From positions 50,530,001 to 50,594,000 of the forward strand of contig NC_043013.1 of assembly GCF_006345805.1 (NCBI RefSeq): 64,000 bases of DNA, given 5' to 3'. Source of the stretch: Octopus sinensis. Its lineage: Eukaryota. Below are positions 39,036 to 52,651 of the stretch, one piece after another. The notes under the pieces were generated by a model, which searched no databases, was not told the DNA's origin, and saw only the letters and a list, made by a program, of their open reading frames with translations. A program made the position numbers and the translations under genes. Every line of letters begins with the position of its first letter. Within the stretch, counting starts at the first letter, position 1.

Positions 39036-39324
39036 GGCTTCTTTCAGTTTCTGTGTACCAAATCCCCCCATTAGATTTTGGTCAACCCGAGGCTATAGTA
39101 AAAGGCGCTTGCTCAAGGTGCCATGCAGTGGGACTGAACCTGGAACCATATGGCTGTTAAGCAAGCTACTTACCACACAACCACATAAAATTTCATTGGA
39201 ATTGTCAATGTGTGCATTATAAATCTCTATCTCTCTTTCTCTCCGTCAGCTGTGCTCTTTATCTTTCCAGGGGCAATAAACTACAATACCAGTAAAGTAC
39301 TGGGGTCAATGGTATAATCTCTGC

Positions 39325-39552
39325 GGCGAGCTGGCAGAAATGTTAGCACACCGGGGCAAAATGCTTAGCGGTATTTCGTCTGCGTTACGTTGTGAGTTCA
39401 AATTCCGCCGAGGTCGACTTTGCCTTTCATCCTTTCTGGGTCGATAAATTAAGTACCAGTTACACACTGGGGTTGATGTAATCGACTTAATACCTATGTC
39501 TGTCCTTGTTTATCCCCTCTGTGTTTAGCCCCTTGTGGGTAATAAAGAAATA
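39325..39552 (+). mobile_element. tRNA-derived SINE with 14-bp TSD
   Basis: TSD GGTATAATCTCTGC at 39311-39324 and 39553-39566. Confidence 0.85.
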
Positions 39553-39959
39553 GGTATAATCTCTGCCCCTCTCTTCGAAACTGCTGGCCTTGTACCTAAA
39601 TTAGAAACTGCTATTGTTCTCCATATAACACTAAGAATTTTTCATTTTACATAAATTTGATAAATGCTGAGAAACGTAAGAGAAGTCGCGTAACCGATCT
39701 CTGCATGCGGTTAATATTCAGTGTTGTTTTTGGATTTTTAGTTCATCTTGTTTTTGTTTTTATTTTTGTTTTCAATCAGCTTCTCTACGATGGAGTCTCA
39801 TAAAGAATGGTCTATTTATTAGCTGCTCAGTAATTTTTGAAGTATTAATAGAAACGGGGAATAAATACAGATTCTAAAGTCGTAGCCGTCTTTATTTGAT
39901 GTACGTTAAGGCTGAGGTGTGAAAACGTCCAGAGTTTATAGACGGGGAATAGATACTCT

Positions 39960-40442
39960 GCATGTGTGTGTGCATGTGTGTGTATGTGTGTGCATGTGTA
40001 TATGCATACACACATACAGAGATATATACACATATATATGTATTTATCTTTATATGTGTGTATGTATATATGTGCATATATATATGTATATATATATATG
40101 TCTGTGTATATATAAATATATGTATATATATATACAAGTATTTGTGTATATATATATATGAACGTATATATATATATATGTATGTGCATGTGTATATATA
40201 TATATATATATATATATGAATGTATGTATATATATATATATGTATGTGCATGTGGATATATATATATATATATATGAATGTATATATATATATATGTATG
40301 TGCATGTGGATATATATATATGCATGTATGTATGTATATATATGTTTGTATGTATATATATATATATGTATATATGTATGTATATATGCATGTACATATA
40401 TATATGTATATATGTAAATGTATATATGTATATACACATGCA

Positions 40443-40540
<98 letters not shown>

Positions 40541-40560
40541 CATATACACATGTACACAGA
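39960..40560. repeat. Compound (TA)n/(TG)n microsatellite, representative of dozens in the window
   Basis: Dinucleotide runs seen directly. Similar tracts at 230-420, 25210-25730, 32282-32470, 58940-59580 and 60380-60660. Confidence 0.95.
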
Positions 40561-41783
40561 GCAAACATGCACCTACAAACCATTGGCAGAGATCTCTTCA
40601 GCTCTCCTGTAGAGTTAAATACAAAAACATTATCTCGGAACGGTTCAGGAAGGCAGCAAATGTAATAGAATTTAGTTGCAGTTCAAATCAACTGGCATCA
40701 CATCACACCATTCCTTTCTAACCTGTTGCTGCCATTGATGTTGTTGCTGCTGTTGTTGTTGGTGTCTGCGTACATCATTCTAAGTGGATAGCATGTAAAT
40801 CACGATACCATAATTCGGGTTACTAATCTAATAACACTAAATCCAATATTTGAAGAAATCTTTCTATCAATCTCTAACACTGTCCTTCTCGAAGATGCTG
40901 GAAGAAGCAGGAGGAGGAGGAGGAGGAGTTGTGTGGAAGAAACAGAAAGAAAGAATTTTTGTTGTTGTTGTTGGTGGTTGTGGGTTATTTTTGCTTTGTT
41001 TTTTTTTTGTTTTTGTTTTCAGATTGTTAAAAAAAAAAAAGAAAAAAGTACCACCTGAAAGCTGTGGTTTGGCAATGTTGTTAAAGCGTTGGACAAAATG
41101 TCTTGTTTCAGTTCTGTGAATTTTGAGTTCAAGTCCAGCTGTGCTGTAACCTGAAAAAACAGTGATATTGTGATATTCCTACCAGGAGCTGCAACCAAAG
41201 ATATCATCATCATCATCATCATCCTTTTACTTGTTTCAGTCATTTGACTGTGTCCATGCTGGAATGACCACATCATAGAGTAGTGAGGACTCTCTGGTCT
41301 TATGGAATACAAAGCAACTCCTTTAGTGGTGGTACCATGATAAAATGCACCCAGTGCACTCTTCAAAGTAGTTGCTATATAAGGATAGACAACATAAGGT
41401 CATGGTGACCTTTTGGTCTTGTCAAGGACTTTATATACTCTCTAATGCTGGTGTCAATATAAAATGCTCCTAGAGCACTCTGTGCAGTGGTTGGAAAATT
41501 AACCCTTTCGATACCGACCCAGCTGAAACTGCTTCTGGCTCTGTAGTACAAATGTTTTGCTTTCATAAGTTTTGAATTAAGTCTTCCACCAAACTTTAGT
41601 CATGATTTATGCTCTTAACCCTAGCTTAATGAAAACTAAATTATTTTACTAAATTCTTTGTTATATTTAAAATTAATTGAAAGAAACAGAGCATCTCAAA
41701 ATAAATACGGTAATGAAAATGTTACTGCAGACAATGAAGGGCCAAAATGACTTTTTTGGTTTTGTCAAGGACCATAACTTCTT

Positions 41784-42014
41784 ATTTCTTTATTGCCCGC
41801 AAGGGGTTAAACATAGCGGGGACAAACAAGGACAGACAAAGGGATTAAGTCGATTACATCGACCCCAGTGCGTAACTGGTACTTAATTTATCGATCCTGA
41901 AAGGATGAAAGGCAAAGTCAACCTTGGCGGAATTTGAACTCAGAATATAACGGCAGATGAAATACTGCTGAGCATTTCGCCCTGCGTGCTAATGTTTCTG
42001 CCAGCTCGCAGCCT
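41784..42014 (-). mobile_element. tRNA-derived SINE with 19-bp TSD
   Basis: TSD TCAAGGACCATAACTTCTT at 41765-41783 and 42015-42033. Confidence 0.85.
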
Positions 42015-42036
42015 TCAAGGACCATAACTTCTTTAG

Positions 42037-42894
42037 TGCTGGTGGCATGATTAAATGCACCCAGTGGTTGTTAAAAGAACTGGAATACAGTGAAGAGGAC
42101 TTTTTCCCCTTTGTTGAGAAGATGACAAGCCCCTGTGTCATGCTGGTGCCATGATAAAATGCACCCAGTGGTTGTCAAAGGAACAGGAATATAGTGAAGA
42201 GGACTTTTTCCCCTTTGTTGAGAAGATGACAAGCCCCTGTGTCATGCTGGTGCCATGATAAAATGCATCCAGTGGTTGTCAAAGGAACAGGAATACAGTG
42301 AAGAGGCTTTTTCCCCTTTGTTGAGAAGAGACAAGCCCCTGTGGTCATGCTGGTGCCATGATTAAAAGCATCCAGTTGTGTCAAAGGAACAGGAATACAG
42401 TGAAGAGGACTTTTTCCCCTTTGTTGAGAGATGACAAGCCCCTGTGTCATGCTGGTGCCATGATAAAATGCACCAGTGGTTGTCAAAGGAACAGGAATAT
42501 AGTGAAGAGGACTTTTTCTTCCCCTTTGTTGAGAAGATGACAAGCCCCTGTTCATGCTGGTGCCATGATAAAATGCATCCTTGGTTGTCAAAAGGACACA
42601 GAATACAGTGAAGAGGACTTTTTCCCCTTTGTTGGAAGATGACAAGCCCCTGTGTCATGCTGGTGCCATGATAAAATGCATCCAGTGGTTGTCAAAGGAA
42701 CAGGAATATAGTGAAGAGGACTTTTTCCCCTTTGTTGAGAAGATGACAAGCCCCTGTGTCATGCTGGTGCCATGATAAAATGCATCCAGTGGTTGTCAAA
42801 GGAACAGGAATACAGTGAAGAGGACTTTTTCCCCTTTGTTGAGAAGATGACAAGCCCCTGTGTCATGCTGGTGCCATGATAAAATGCATCCAGT
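42037..42894. repeat. Tandem repeat, ~104-bp unit, about 8.3 copies
   Basis: TGCTGGTG starts at 42037, 42141, 42245, 42348, 42450, 42555, 42658, 42762 and 42866. Confidence 0.95.
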
Positions 42895-44893
42895 AAACTC
42901 TATAAAGATGTTGGTCATAAGAAGAGTCTGTAGTCACAGAAACCAAGTCAAAAATGAAACATCTAATTAAGGTGAGATCCTTTGACCGATCTGGGAGGGC
43001 AGTAACTCAGAATAAGAACCGACGAAACTTAACGATGTGTTTAACACCTGGAAGCATTGAATGAACATGCAGAAAGATGATGGCGATGATGATGATGTCA
43101 ATGGTGATTTTCCTGTGTTAGATATGGAGTAAGGTGCTTTACTGATGATGATAGACCTGTATAACATACTGGATTAACACATACAGCATAGCTTGAGGCT
43201 GCATTAGATTATAGTTCAGCCTCATTGCATGGTATCTTGAGCAAGATACTTGGCCAGAATGCTGTGCAGTGAATCTGAACTGAAGACCACACAGTTTGGA
43301 AGTAGATTACTTTAAACCCTTCGGTATTTAGATTATCCTGTCCAATGCAATGCTTACTGTTGAGGCAATCGAAATCGAAATCAAATTCGATGACTGGCAT
43401 CTGTGCTAGTGGAGCGCTAAGAGCACCGTCTGAGCGTGATCGTTGCCAGAGCAGCTAACTGGCTTCCATGCTGGGGGCACATAAAAAGCACCATTTGAGT
43501 GTAATCGTTACCAGCGTCGCCTTACTGGCACTTGTGCTGGTGGCATGTGAAAAAAACATTTGAGCAAAGTCGTTGCCAGTGCCTCTGGACTGGCTCCTGT
43601 GCAGGTGGCACATAAAAAGCACCATTTGAGCATGGCCGTTGCAAGTACCGCCTGACTGGCCCTCATGTCTGTGGCACACAAAAGCACCCACTACACTTTC
43701 GGAGTGGTTGGCATTAGAAAGGGCATCCAGCTGTAGAAACTCTGCCAGATCAGATTGGAGCCTGGTGCAGCCATCTGGTTCGCCAATCCTCAGTCAAATC
43801 GTCCAACCCATGCTAGCATGGAAAAGTGGACGTTAAACGATGATGATGATGATGATGATCTTGTAGCTATAAGATTTCAAATGATGTGATTGTTTGCTGT
43901 TGGAATGACATTGTAGGACAGGTGTGAGAGGCCTGATATGGCCAGTTTGGACATAAAACATTTAGAATATTTGAGCTGGATATGTCTGGTTTCAATTCTT
44001 AAAGGGTTAGCCAAACAGCCATGCTTGTGATTTTGTTCTAGATACACGGTGTGTGAATAAATGAGGGGATGGTCACAGCTGGAAATAACTAACCTTTTAG
44101 TATAGTTTTTTTGTTTGAAACATGCTGCCTTTGTTTCAGTTAATTTTGGAAATTATCAAGAATTTATTGAAATTAATTGCTTTTGTTTAAAAATAATGAA
44201 GAATTTAGCAAAACACCTTTTTTTTTTTTGTTTTTAACCTGGGTTTTTTAATGTTGGGTATTAATTTAGATCACTTGAACTATTTTACTGTCATATTTCT
44301 GTTGAAATGTGCTTCCTTTGTTTTAATTTTGAAAATGAAGAATTTATTAAAATACCTTTGTCATTATTTATTTTTTAGGAACTTAGGTTAGCTTGCTTAC
44401 CAGCCACATGGTTCTGGGTTCAGTCCCACTGCATGGCACCTTGGGCAAGTGTCTTCTACTATAGCCACGGGCCGACCAAAGCCTTGCGAGTGAATTTGGT
44501 TGAGAGAAACTGAAAGAAGCCCGTCGTATATATATATATATATATATATAGTAGAGGTGCAATGGCCCAGTGGTTAGGGCAGCGGATTCACGGTCGTAGG
44601 ATCGCGGTTTCGATTTCCAGACCGGGCGTTGTGAGAGTTTATTGAGCGAAAACACCTAAAGCTCTACCTAAAGCTGCGGGAATTTGGTGTTAAAGACCCA
44701 GAAATAGTGATAAGGTGGGTTGGTATAAAAAGAGTTAATGTGGCTTTGTGGTAAGTAGCTTGCTTACCAACCACATGGTACTGGGTTCAGTCCCACTGTG
44801 TGGCATCTTGGGCAAATTTTTTTCTACTATAGCCTTGGGCCGACCAAAGCCTTGTGAGTGGATTTGATAGACAGAAACTGAAAAAAGCCCATC

Positions 44894-44934
<41 letters not shown>

Positions 44935-45759
44935 TATGTTTGCGTGTCTGTGTTTGTCCCCCCAACATCGCTTGACAACTGATGCTGGTGTGTTTATGTC
45001 CCCATAACTTAGCAGTTTGGCAAAAAAACCCGATAGAATAAGTACTAGGCTTACAAAGAATAATTCCTGGGGTCGATTTGCTCGACTAAAGGCGGTGCTC
45101 CAGCATGGCCACAGTCAAATGACTGTAACAAGTAAAATAGAGTAAAAAGAAATAAGGCTGTAACTTCAAGTCCTACCTGGGAATTAATTAAACAACAGCC
45201 CTGTCTGCTACTGTCTGGAAGCTTGTGGATCAGCAGCAGAGGAACAACTATGCTTTAGGTGACTGTCACACCCCAAAAGGGTCCAGACTACTATGTAGGG
45301 TCTTGCTGTTCGGACGAGGTAGTTGTGTGGAAGGGCTGTTCTCATTGCTATCTTCTGCTTAGTGATCACCTATGTGGGTATGTGCCTCTTCACTCTACAA
45401 AATCGGTGAGTGTTTGATGTACTGCCGGCACCACCTCATCCATCCGCATGTGTTGAGTGTGGTTGTCTGTCTGTGTGTCCGTGTGTGTGTCCCTGTGTCC
45501 GTGTATGTGTGTGTCCGTGTGTATGTGTGTGTATGTGTGTGTGTGTCTGTGTGTGTATCCCCGTGTGTGTCCGTCCATGTGTGTGTCCTTGTCCATGTGT
45601 CTGTGTATCTGTGTGTCCATCTGTGTGTGCATGTGTGTTCGTGAGTGTGTCCCCATGTCTGTATGTGTGTGTGTCCATGTATGTGTGCGCGCGTGTGTGT
45701 GTGTGTCCCTATCTGCGTGTGTGTGTTTCCATGTCCGTGTGTGTGTGTGTCCCTGTCTG

Positions 45760-45791
<32 letters not shown>

Positions 45792-46982
45792 CAATGTGCC
45801 AATCGATTGCTGCTGCTGCTGTCTCCGGCAAAGTCAGGCTGAATGAGTTGAAAGGTCCATGGGTCAATGGTGCATTCCGCCACCGAATTGAAGCTTCACC
45901 ATGGCCGCAGACCGAAAGAGCACTGGCGGTGGGTCAGTCACTTCGTCCACACAGATTGAATACGCTTGTGTGAGGCACCAAGAGATTCCTCTTGACCACA
46001 GGGTGAGGGCACGGAGCGAAGTACAGGCAAACAACAAATGCTTAAAGAAAATAATTAACAGTATGTAGGCGTAGGAGTGGCTGCAGCTGTGTGGTAAGTA
46101 GCTTGCTTACAAACCACATAGTTCTGGGTTCAGTCCCACTGCGTGGCATCTTGGGCAAGCCCCGGGCCGACCAATGCCTTGTGAGTGGATTTGGTAGACG
46201 GAAACTGAAAGAAGCCTGTCGTATATATGTATATATATATATGTGTGTGTGTGTTTGTCCCCTAGCATTGCTTGACAACCGATGCTGGTGTGTTTACGTC
46301 CCCGTTACTTAGCAGTTCGGCAAAAGAGACCGATAGAATAAGTACTAGGCTTACAAAGAATAAGTTCCGGGGTCGATTTGCTCGACTAAAGGCGGTGCTC
46401 CAGCATGGCCGCAGTCAGATGACTGAAAACAAGTAAAAGAGTATTGTTTTAAATGATAAATAGTAATTACTATCAGTTGATAATAAAGAACCATTTATAC
46501 TTCATGTGATTTATTGTTTCTGTATGTATGTAAGAATGTGTGAGATGTTAGGGACATAATGCATGTTCATTCATTTTGGTTTCAAGAAAATCTGTTGATG
46601 AATTTCTAAGTGCTATCAAGTAAATTATTCTTAATCATGTATATTTAACGACCTGTCTGTGTTAAGGTCTTACCTCCGCATACCTCCCATATATAAAGCT
46701 ATACAGAATATTGACATGCGGTTGTTCTGATGTACACATATGTGCATACATGTGTACATGTGTGTATATATATATATATAATATATATATATATATACAA
46801 ATATAAGAGAGGGTCCACTAAGTGGATGCTCTTGCGCTAAAAATAGATCCGCAATGGTCTCAACCACCAAGAATTGTTCCCAAGGAGAATTAGCACAACT
46901 GTATCTCAGTTTTTATGCGCTGAACCACTTGGTGTTAAATTGATGTTATTAAATTAATATTCAATTTTTTCACCCTTATTTT

Positions 46983-47032
<50 letters not shown>

Positions 47033-47222
47033 GTGTGTGTGTGTGTGTATGTATGTATATATATATGAATATGTTTTTATATATATGTGTGTATATATAT
47101 ATATATATACACACACACACAGATACAAATGTATATACATTTGTGTATCTCCATATATATAAATATGCAAGAATATATCCATTTTTCTTTATACAATCTA
47201 TATGTATGTATGTGTGTGTGTG

Positions 47223-47271
<49 letters not shown>

Positions 47272-47277
<6 letters not shown>

Positions 47278-47499
47278 TAGAATGCAATACAATGATTTCT
47301 GTTCAATCTTCGTTCAACTCCATTTCTTCAATTCACTAATAATATTAAAATTCAATTATCCGCACCAACGCACGGTTGCAATACCATAGGGTTGTACCTC
47401 CAACCGTGCTGTCTTCTGCTGTGATTTTTGCTACCAAGGTATCGGTTAAACTTTTGATTAATCTGCAACAAGATTATTCATCTTTCTATTTCACAAAAA

Positions 47500-47500
<1 letters not shown>
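47272..47500 (+). mobile_element. Solo truncated copy of the 54-kb palindromic element, in (TA)n
   Basis: Aligns by eye with 54349-54575 (GTGTAGAATGCAAT...CAAGATTATTCATCTTTCTATTT). Confidence 0.88.
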
Positions 47501-47544
<44 letters not shown>

Positions 47545-48706
47545 ACACCTTTGGCGTTAGGAAGGGCCTCCAGCTGTAGAAACTCTTCCAGATCAGAGTC
47601 CACCCATGCTACTATGGAAAGCGGACGTTAAACGATGATGATGATGATATATATATATACATGTGAATGTATTAAAGAAAACCGTTGCAACCAACTAACT
47701 ATGATATAATATTGAATATTCTTTGTGGTAGTCAAGTTTAGACTCATTTGCATTTTCTTCTCTTGAATTGAAAGTCATTTGGTTTTCAAATTCCATCCAT
47801 CTGTTAACTTGTCATATCACTCCTTAAAACCTATAAATCTCCCTTAATTGAATTCTTCAATAGACTCTACTAAACTGCCTGGCATTGGTAATTCAAAACT
47901 GAGTACTAAGGTAATTCTGATTTAAAAGATCAAGAATTGAGATATTGTTTAAAAAAATGGACATATTCTGCATAAAACTAACCAGGAGCAATTAATGGGA
48001 ACCTTTCTTATATCATCACACCTAAATATTCTGATTGTTTTATGTTCAAACTGACCAGATTCAGCTTCTCACACCTACCCTGCAATGTCAATCTAAAAAT
48101 AAGAAAAAAAAAGTGTGAAGGGTAAAGACCCCCTTTGGTCATGAATAACCCTGGGATTCACCTTGGAAGTTCCTCTCTGAGGCACAAGTCTGGGTAGAGT
48201 TGATTATGGAAGATCAGCAGTTGCCCATGCATACCAGCCTCCAATCTCCATGCCACTGATGTTATCCAAAGGGAAAGGCAAAGGCTGATAAAGATTGGGA
48301 CCAATGATGTCGCAACTCGTTTCTACAGCTGAGTGAACTGGAGTGATGTGAAATAAAGTGTCTTGCTCAAGAACACAACACACAGCTCGGTCAGGGAATT
48401 GAACTCACTACTTCATGATTATGTGTCCGACGCTCTAACTACTTTCACTTCTAAAAATAGATATTCACATTAATGAAATCGTAAAGCAGCATGATACTGT
48501 ATGATTAAATCCAAACCAATTTAAGGAAATAAATATTATGTTTGGCAGAGTAATCTGAATGTTTAAGGGTTAATGCCCAGGTTAATGCCCAGGTCCGGGT
48601 TCAGTCCCACTGCATGGCACCTTGGGCAGGTGTCTTCTACTATAGCCTTGGCCCGACCAAAGCCTTGTAAGTGGATTTGGTGGACAGAAGCTGAAGGAGG
48701 TCCGTC

Positions 48707-48760
<54 letters not shown>

Positions 48761-48880
48761 CTAATATTCTAATATTCTATGTTCTATATTTTAGTAATTA
48801 CTGGTATTTTTATATATGTAAAGCATAATATGTTATACATGTATGTATATTGTTATAATTGTTATTTAAAAAAATAAATA

Positions 48881-50164
48881 TTTGGTTGTCAAGAAAGTTC
48901 TTGTGGAATTTTAAATTTTGGTTTTAAATGATGTGTTTTCAAATTAATTTTTGTTAAATTATTTTGACTTCATGTATCATTTTAAAGCCCGGTTTTTGCT
49001 CTATCTAATTGTGTTACTCTATTCAATTTTAGATAATTAGGCCATTTTTTCCGGAACATTGAATACAACATGTACAAAAAGCAAATTCACACAATTTTCT
49101 TATTCCAGTTCAAGCTAGGCCGAAAAGCTGCTGATACAGCTCATGATATCAATGATGCTTTTGGCTCAGGAACCACTAATGAATGTACAGCACAATGGTG
49201 GTTCAAGAAATTTTGTAGCGGTGACAAGAATCTTGAAGATGATAAGCATAGTGGTCAGCCATCGTATGTTGACAACGATCAACTAAGAGCCTTAGTGGAA
49301 GCCAATCCACACACAACTGTTTGAGAGCTTGCTTCTGAATTAGATATAATGTATATGACAATTTCCAACCACTTGAAAGAGATTGGAAAAACAAAAATAC
49401 TTGAGAAATGGGTGCCGCACGAATTGAATAACAACCCCCAAAAAACGCTGTTTTGAAGTGTCGTTTTCTCTTCTTTTACACAACAAGAATGACCCATTTC
49501 TCGACTGGATCATGACTTGCGATGAAAAGTGGATTCTTTATGACAACCGGCGATGCTCAGCTCAGTGGTTGGACACCAACGAAGCTCCACGGTACTTCTC
49601 GAAGCCAAAGTTGCACCAAAAGAAAGTCATGGTGACTGTTTGGTGGCCTGTGGCTGGTCTCATGCATCACTGCTTTTTGGATTCAGGTGAAACCATTTCA
49701 GTGGAGAAGTACTTTCAGCAAATGAATGAAATGCCTAAGAAACTCCGATAACAGCCAGCATTGGTCAATAGAAAAGGACCAATTCTTCTCCACGACAATG
49801 CTTGGCTGCATGTCACACAACTGACCCTGCAGAAGTTGAACATATTGGGCTATGAAACTCTGCCTCATCCACCATACTCACCGGACTTCTTGCCTACCGA
49901 CTACCACTTTTTCAAGCATCTCAACAACTTCCTGCATGAGAAATGCTTCAAAAACCAAGATGATGCCAAACACGCCTTCAACAATTTCATCGCTACCAGA
50001 ACGCATGATTTTTATGCTACTGGCATAAACAAACTTGTTTTGCTTTGGCAGAAGTGTGTTGATTCTGATGGTGTTTATTTCGATTACTAGAGTTTTGCTT
50101 GAGCTGAGGTATGTGCATCTGAATTTAAAGGTTAAAAACTGCAAGAACTTTCTTGACAACCTAT
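48881..50164 (+). mobile_element. Full-length but disabled mariner (D,D34D; Hsmar1/cecropia-like)
   Basis: TIRs GGTTGTCAAGAAAGTTCTTG with TA flanks, about 1.28 kb. Transposase 49070-50090 is broken by stops and a frameshift. Motifs WVPHEL, TCDEKW, HDNA and YSPDFLPTD, with 34 residues between the last two Asp. Confidence 0.93.
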
Positions 50165-51466
50165 TAAATAGGCATAATATAATGTCTAAAAGTTGATGAA
50201 TACCACCTCTTGATCCCCTCCATTTTCTTATTGCTGTATATATATATGTGTGTGTGTGTGTTTGTGTGTGTATTTGTGTCTGTGTTTGTCTCCCCACCAT
50301 CGCTTGACAACCAATGTTGGTGTGTTTACGTCCCCCGTAACTTAGTGGTTTGGCTAAAGAGACTGATAGAACAGATACTAGGCTTACAAAGAATAAGTCC
50401 TGGGGTTGATTTACTTGACTAAAGGCGGTGCTCCAGCATGGCCTCAGTCAAATGACTGAAACAAATAAAAGAATAAAAAGTTCTTCCATACATGCATATG
50501 TATATATGTACAGGGCTCTTTTGAGCTTCCATAGTGCATAAGTGACTGAGATCACAACACTCCCTATACCCCTGGATGGGATGCCAGCCTTCCCAGTTAG
50601 TGCTGCAAATCATTTACAGTCAAGTGAACTGAAGCAGCATGATATGAAGTGTTTGCTTAGGAGCACAATGCACTGCCTAGTCTGGAGATTGAAACCGTGA
50701 TCTTAAGATCATGAGTGCAACTGCTTAACCATCACTCAAATTTGTAAATCCTCTGAAGAGGATAGCAGTAAGTGATTGTTCTCTATATTGTTTCAGTCAA
50801 TCAATCTGTGATCGATTGTTTAATTAAGACTGAACTGCAGTTTAAATCCTTCCAGTACATATCTGAAAGAATTGTAAGTCTAAATAAATGTAAAAGATAC
50901 ATTATCTCGTTGTATTTTCTTTATCATCATCATCATCGTCGTTTAATGTCCATTTTCCATGCTAGCATGGGTTGGACGGTTCGACCGGGGTCTGGGAAGC
51001 CATGGAGGCTGCACCAGGCTCCAGTCTGATCTGGCAGTGTTTCTACAGCTGGATGCCCTTCCTAACGACCAACCACTCCGTGAATGTAGTGGATGCTTTT
51101 TACATGCCATCGACACAGGGGCCAGAGATGGCTGGCAAATGGCCATGATCTGTTGGTGCTTTTTACTTGTCACTGACACGGATGCCAGTCAGGCGGCGTT
51201 GGCATCTGCCACATTCGGACGGTGCTTGTTATTTCTATTTGATTTTTATTTTGATGTTGATGTACTTGACTCAATAGGTCTCCTTGAGAACAGCGGGTCA
51301 CTCTACGATCCAAGGTTGGCACAGCAGGCCATCCTGCGAGCCATGAACTCACTTCATTTGTTGGGTCTTCAGTCACAGCATATCTCAGGGGTTTCGGTCT
51401 TCATCATTTCCTCTCTGAGGCCCAATATAATAATAATAGTTATATATATATATATATATTTATAAA

Positions 51467-51617
51467 ATATGTGTGTATAAAAATTATAGGTGAAGGGAAA
51501 AGCCACTAAGTGGTTTACCAACATGCTAGAAATAGGAGTTAAATTATTCTGTTTCTAGCATGTTGGAAAACCACTTAGTGGCTTTTCTCTTCATTTATAA
51601 TTTTTATACACACATAT
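51467..51617. repeat. Inverted repeat, ~70-bp arms, ~9-nt loop
   Basis: AAAAGCCACTAAGTGGTTTACCAACATGCTAGAAA versus TTTCTAGCATGTTGGAAAACCACTTAGTGGCTTTT. Confidence 0.88.
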
Positions 51618-52651
51618 AATATAATATTTGCAGTCTACAGACATTTTTACTCACGTTGTGTGCACACATACACAGACGTACACACTGCTCCCACCTGCAT
51701 ATGCACATACACCTGCACACACATACACACACAGCTGTGCACACACATGTACTCACACATACGCACACAAATGTGTACACACATGCACACATGCTTATAT
51801 ACATGCTTGCACAGAAACAACAGGCTTCCACACAGTTTCCATCTCCCAAATTCACTCACAAGGCATTGCTTGCACTGGGTCTATTGTAGAAGACGCTTGC
51901 CTAAGCTGCCGTCCAGTGAGACTGAACTCCAAACCTCCATGATTACAAAGCCAGCTTCTTAACCACACAGCCAAGCTTGTGCTAGATTGGATAAAATCAA
52001 TTTTGGTTTTCTAAATAAAGCCAGCTTGAATCTAAGCAGATTTCTGATGACATTAAAGCAGCACTAACTGAACCTCGATTTCTTGGATCAGTGCTCCAGT
52101 TGCACTAATCTTACTTTTATTCCATTATGCTGACCTAAGACAAAACACTTTAATGTACAGCTCACATTTGAATGGCAAAAAAGAATCTGTCGAGGGTGAG
52201 TTAGCTGTTATATCGAGGTTGCTGTGCTGTGCTTGCTGGTTGCTTTGTGATTTCATTGAACAGTTGATCCCTGATCCTTGCTTGATCCAGCAACTTGACA
52301 GTGAAATCATTTGACAGTTTGAAGTTCCTCTGCAAAGGTCAGGCTTACAATGAACAGCGTGCATGTTTATTTACCATTCTTCATTTGGTCTTAGTTCTGA
52401 AACTGCAACGGAAGGTCAGCTTATTCAGTTAATTTCATTTTTGTTTGACATTTGTTGACCTATCACTATATATTTCACCTTACTATTGACTTTCCATTAT
52501 ATATATATATATATATATAATTATAGAAAGTGTATTCTTAATTCTTAAATTTTAGAATATTATTAATTTCTAATTAATTCTGATATTCTCTCTGTGCATT
52601 TTCAACTTCAGTTCTTCTATTCCTCCACTTGTTTAGATTAATCACACACAC

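Noticed and set aside
42037-42894. CRISPR-like array or ribozyme satellite
   Set aside because: Units are contiguous with no unique spacers and no cas genes are present. GTGAAGA is not followed by a stem II/GAAA hammerhead arrangement.
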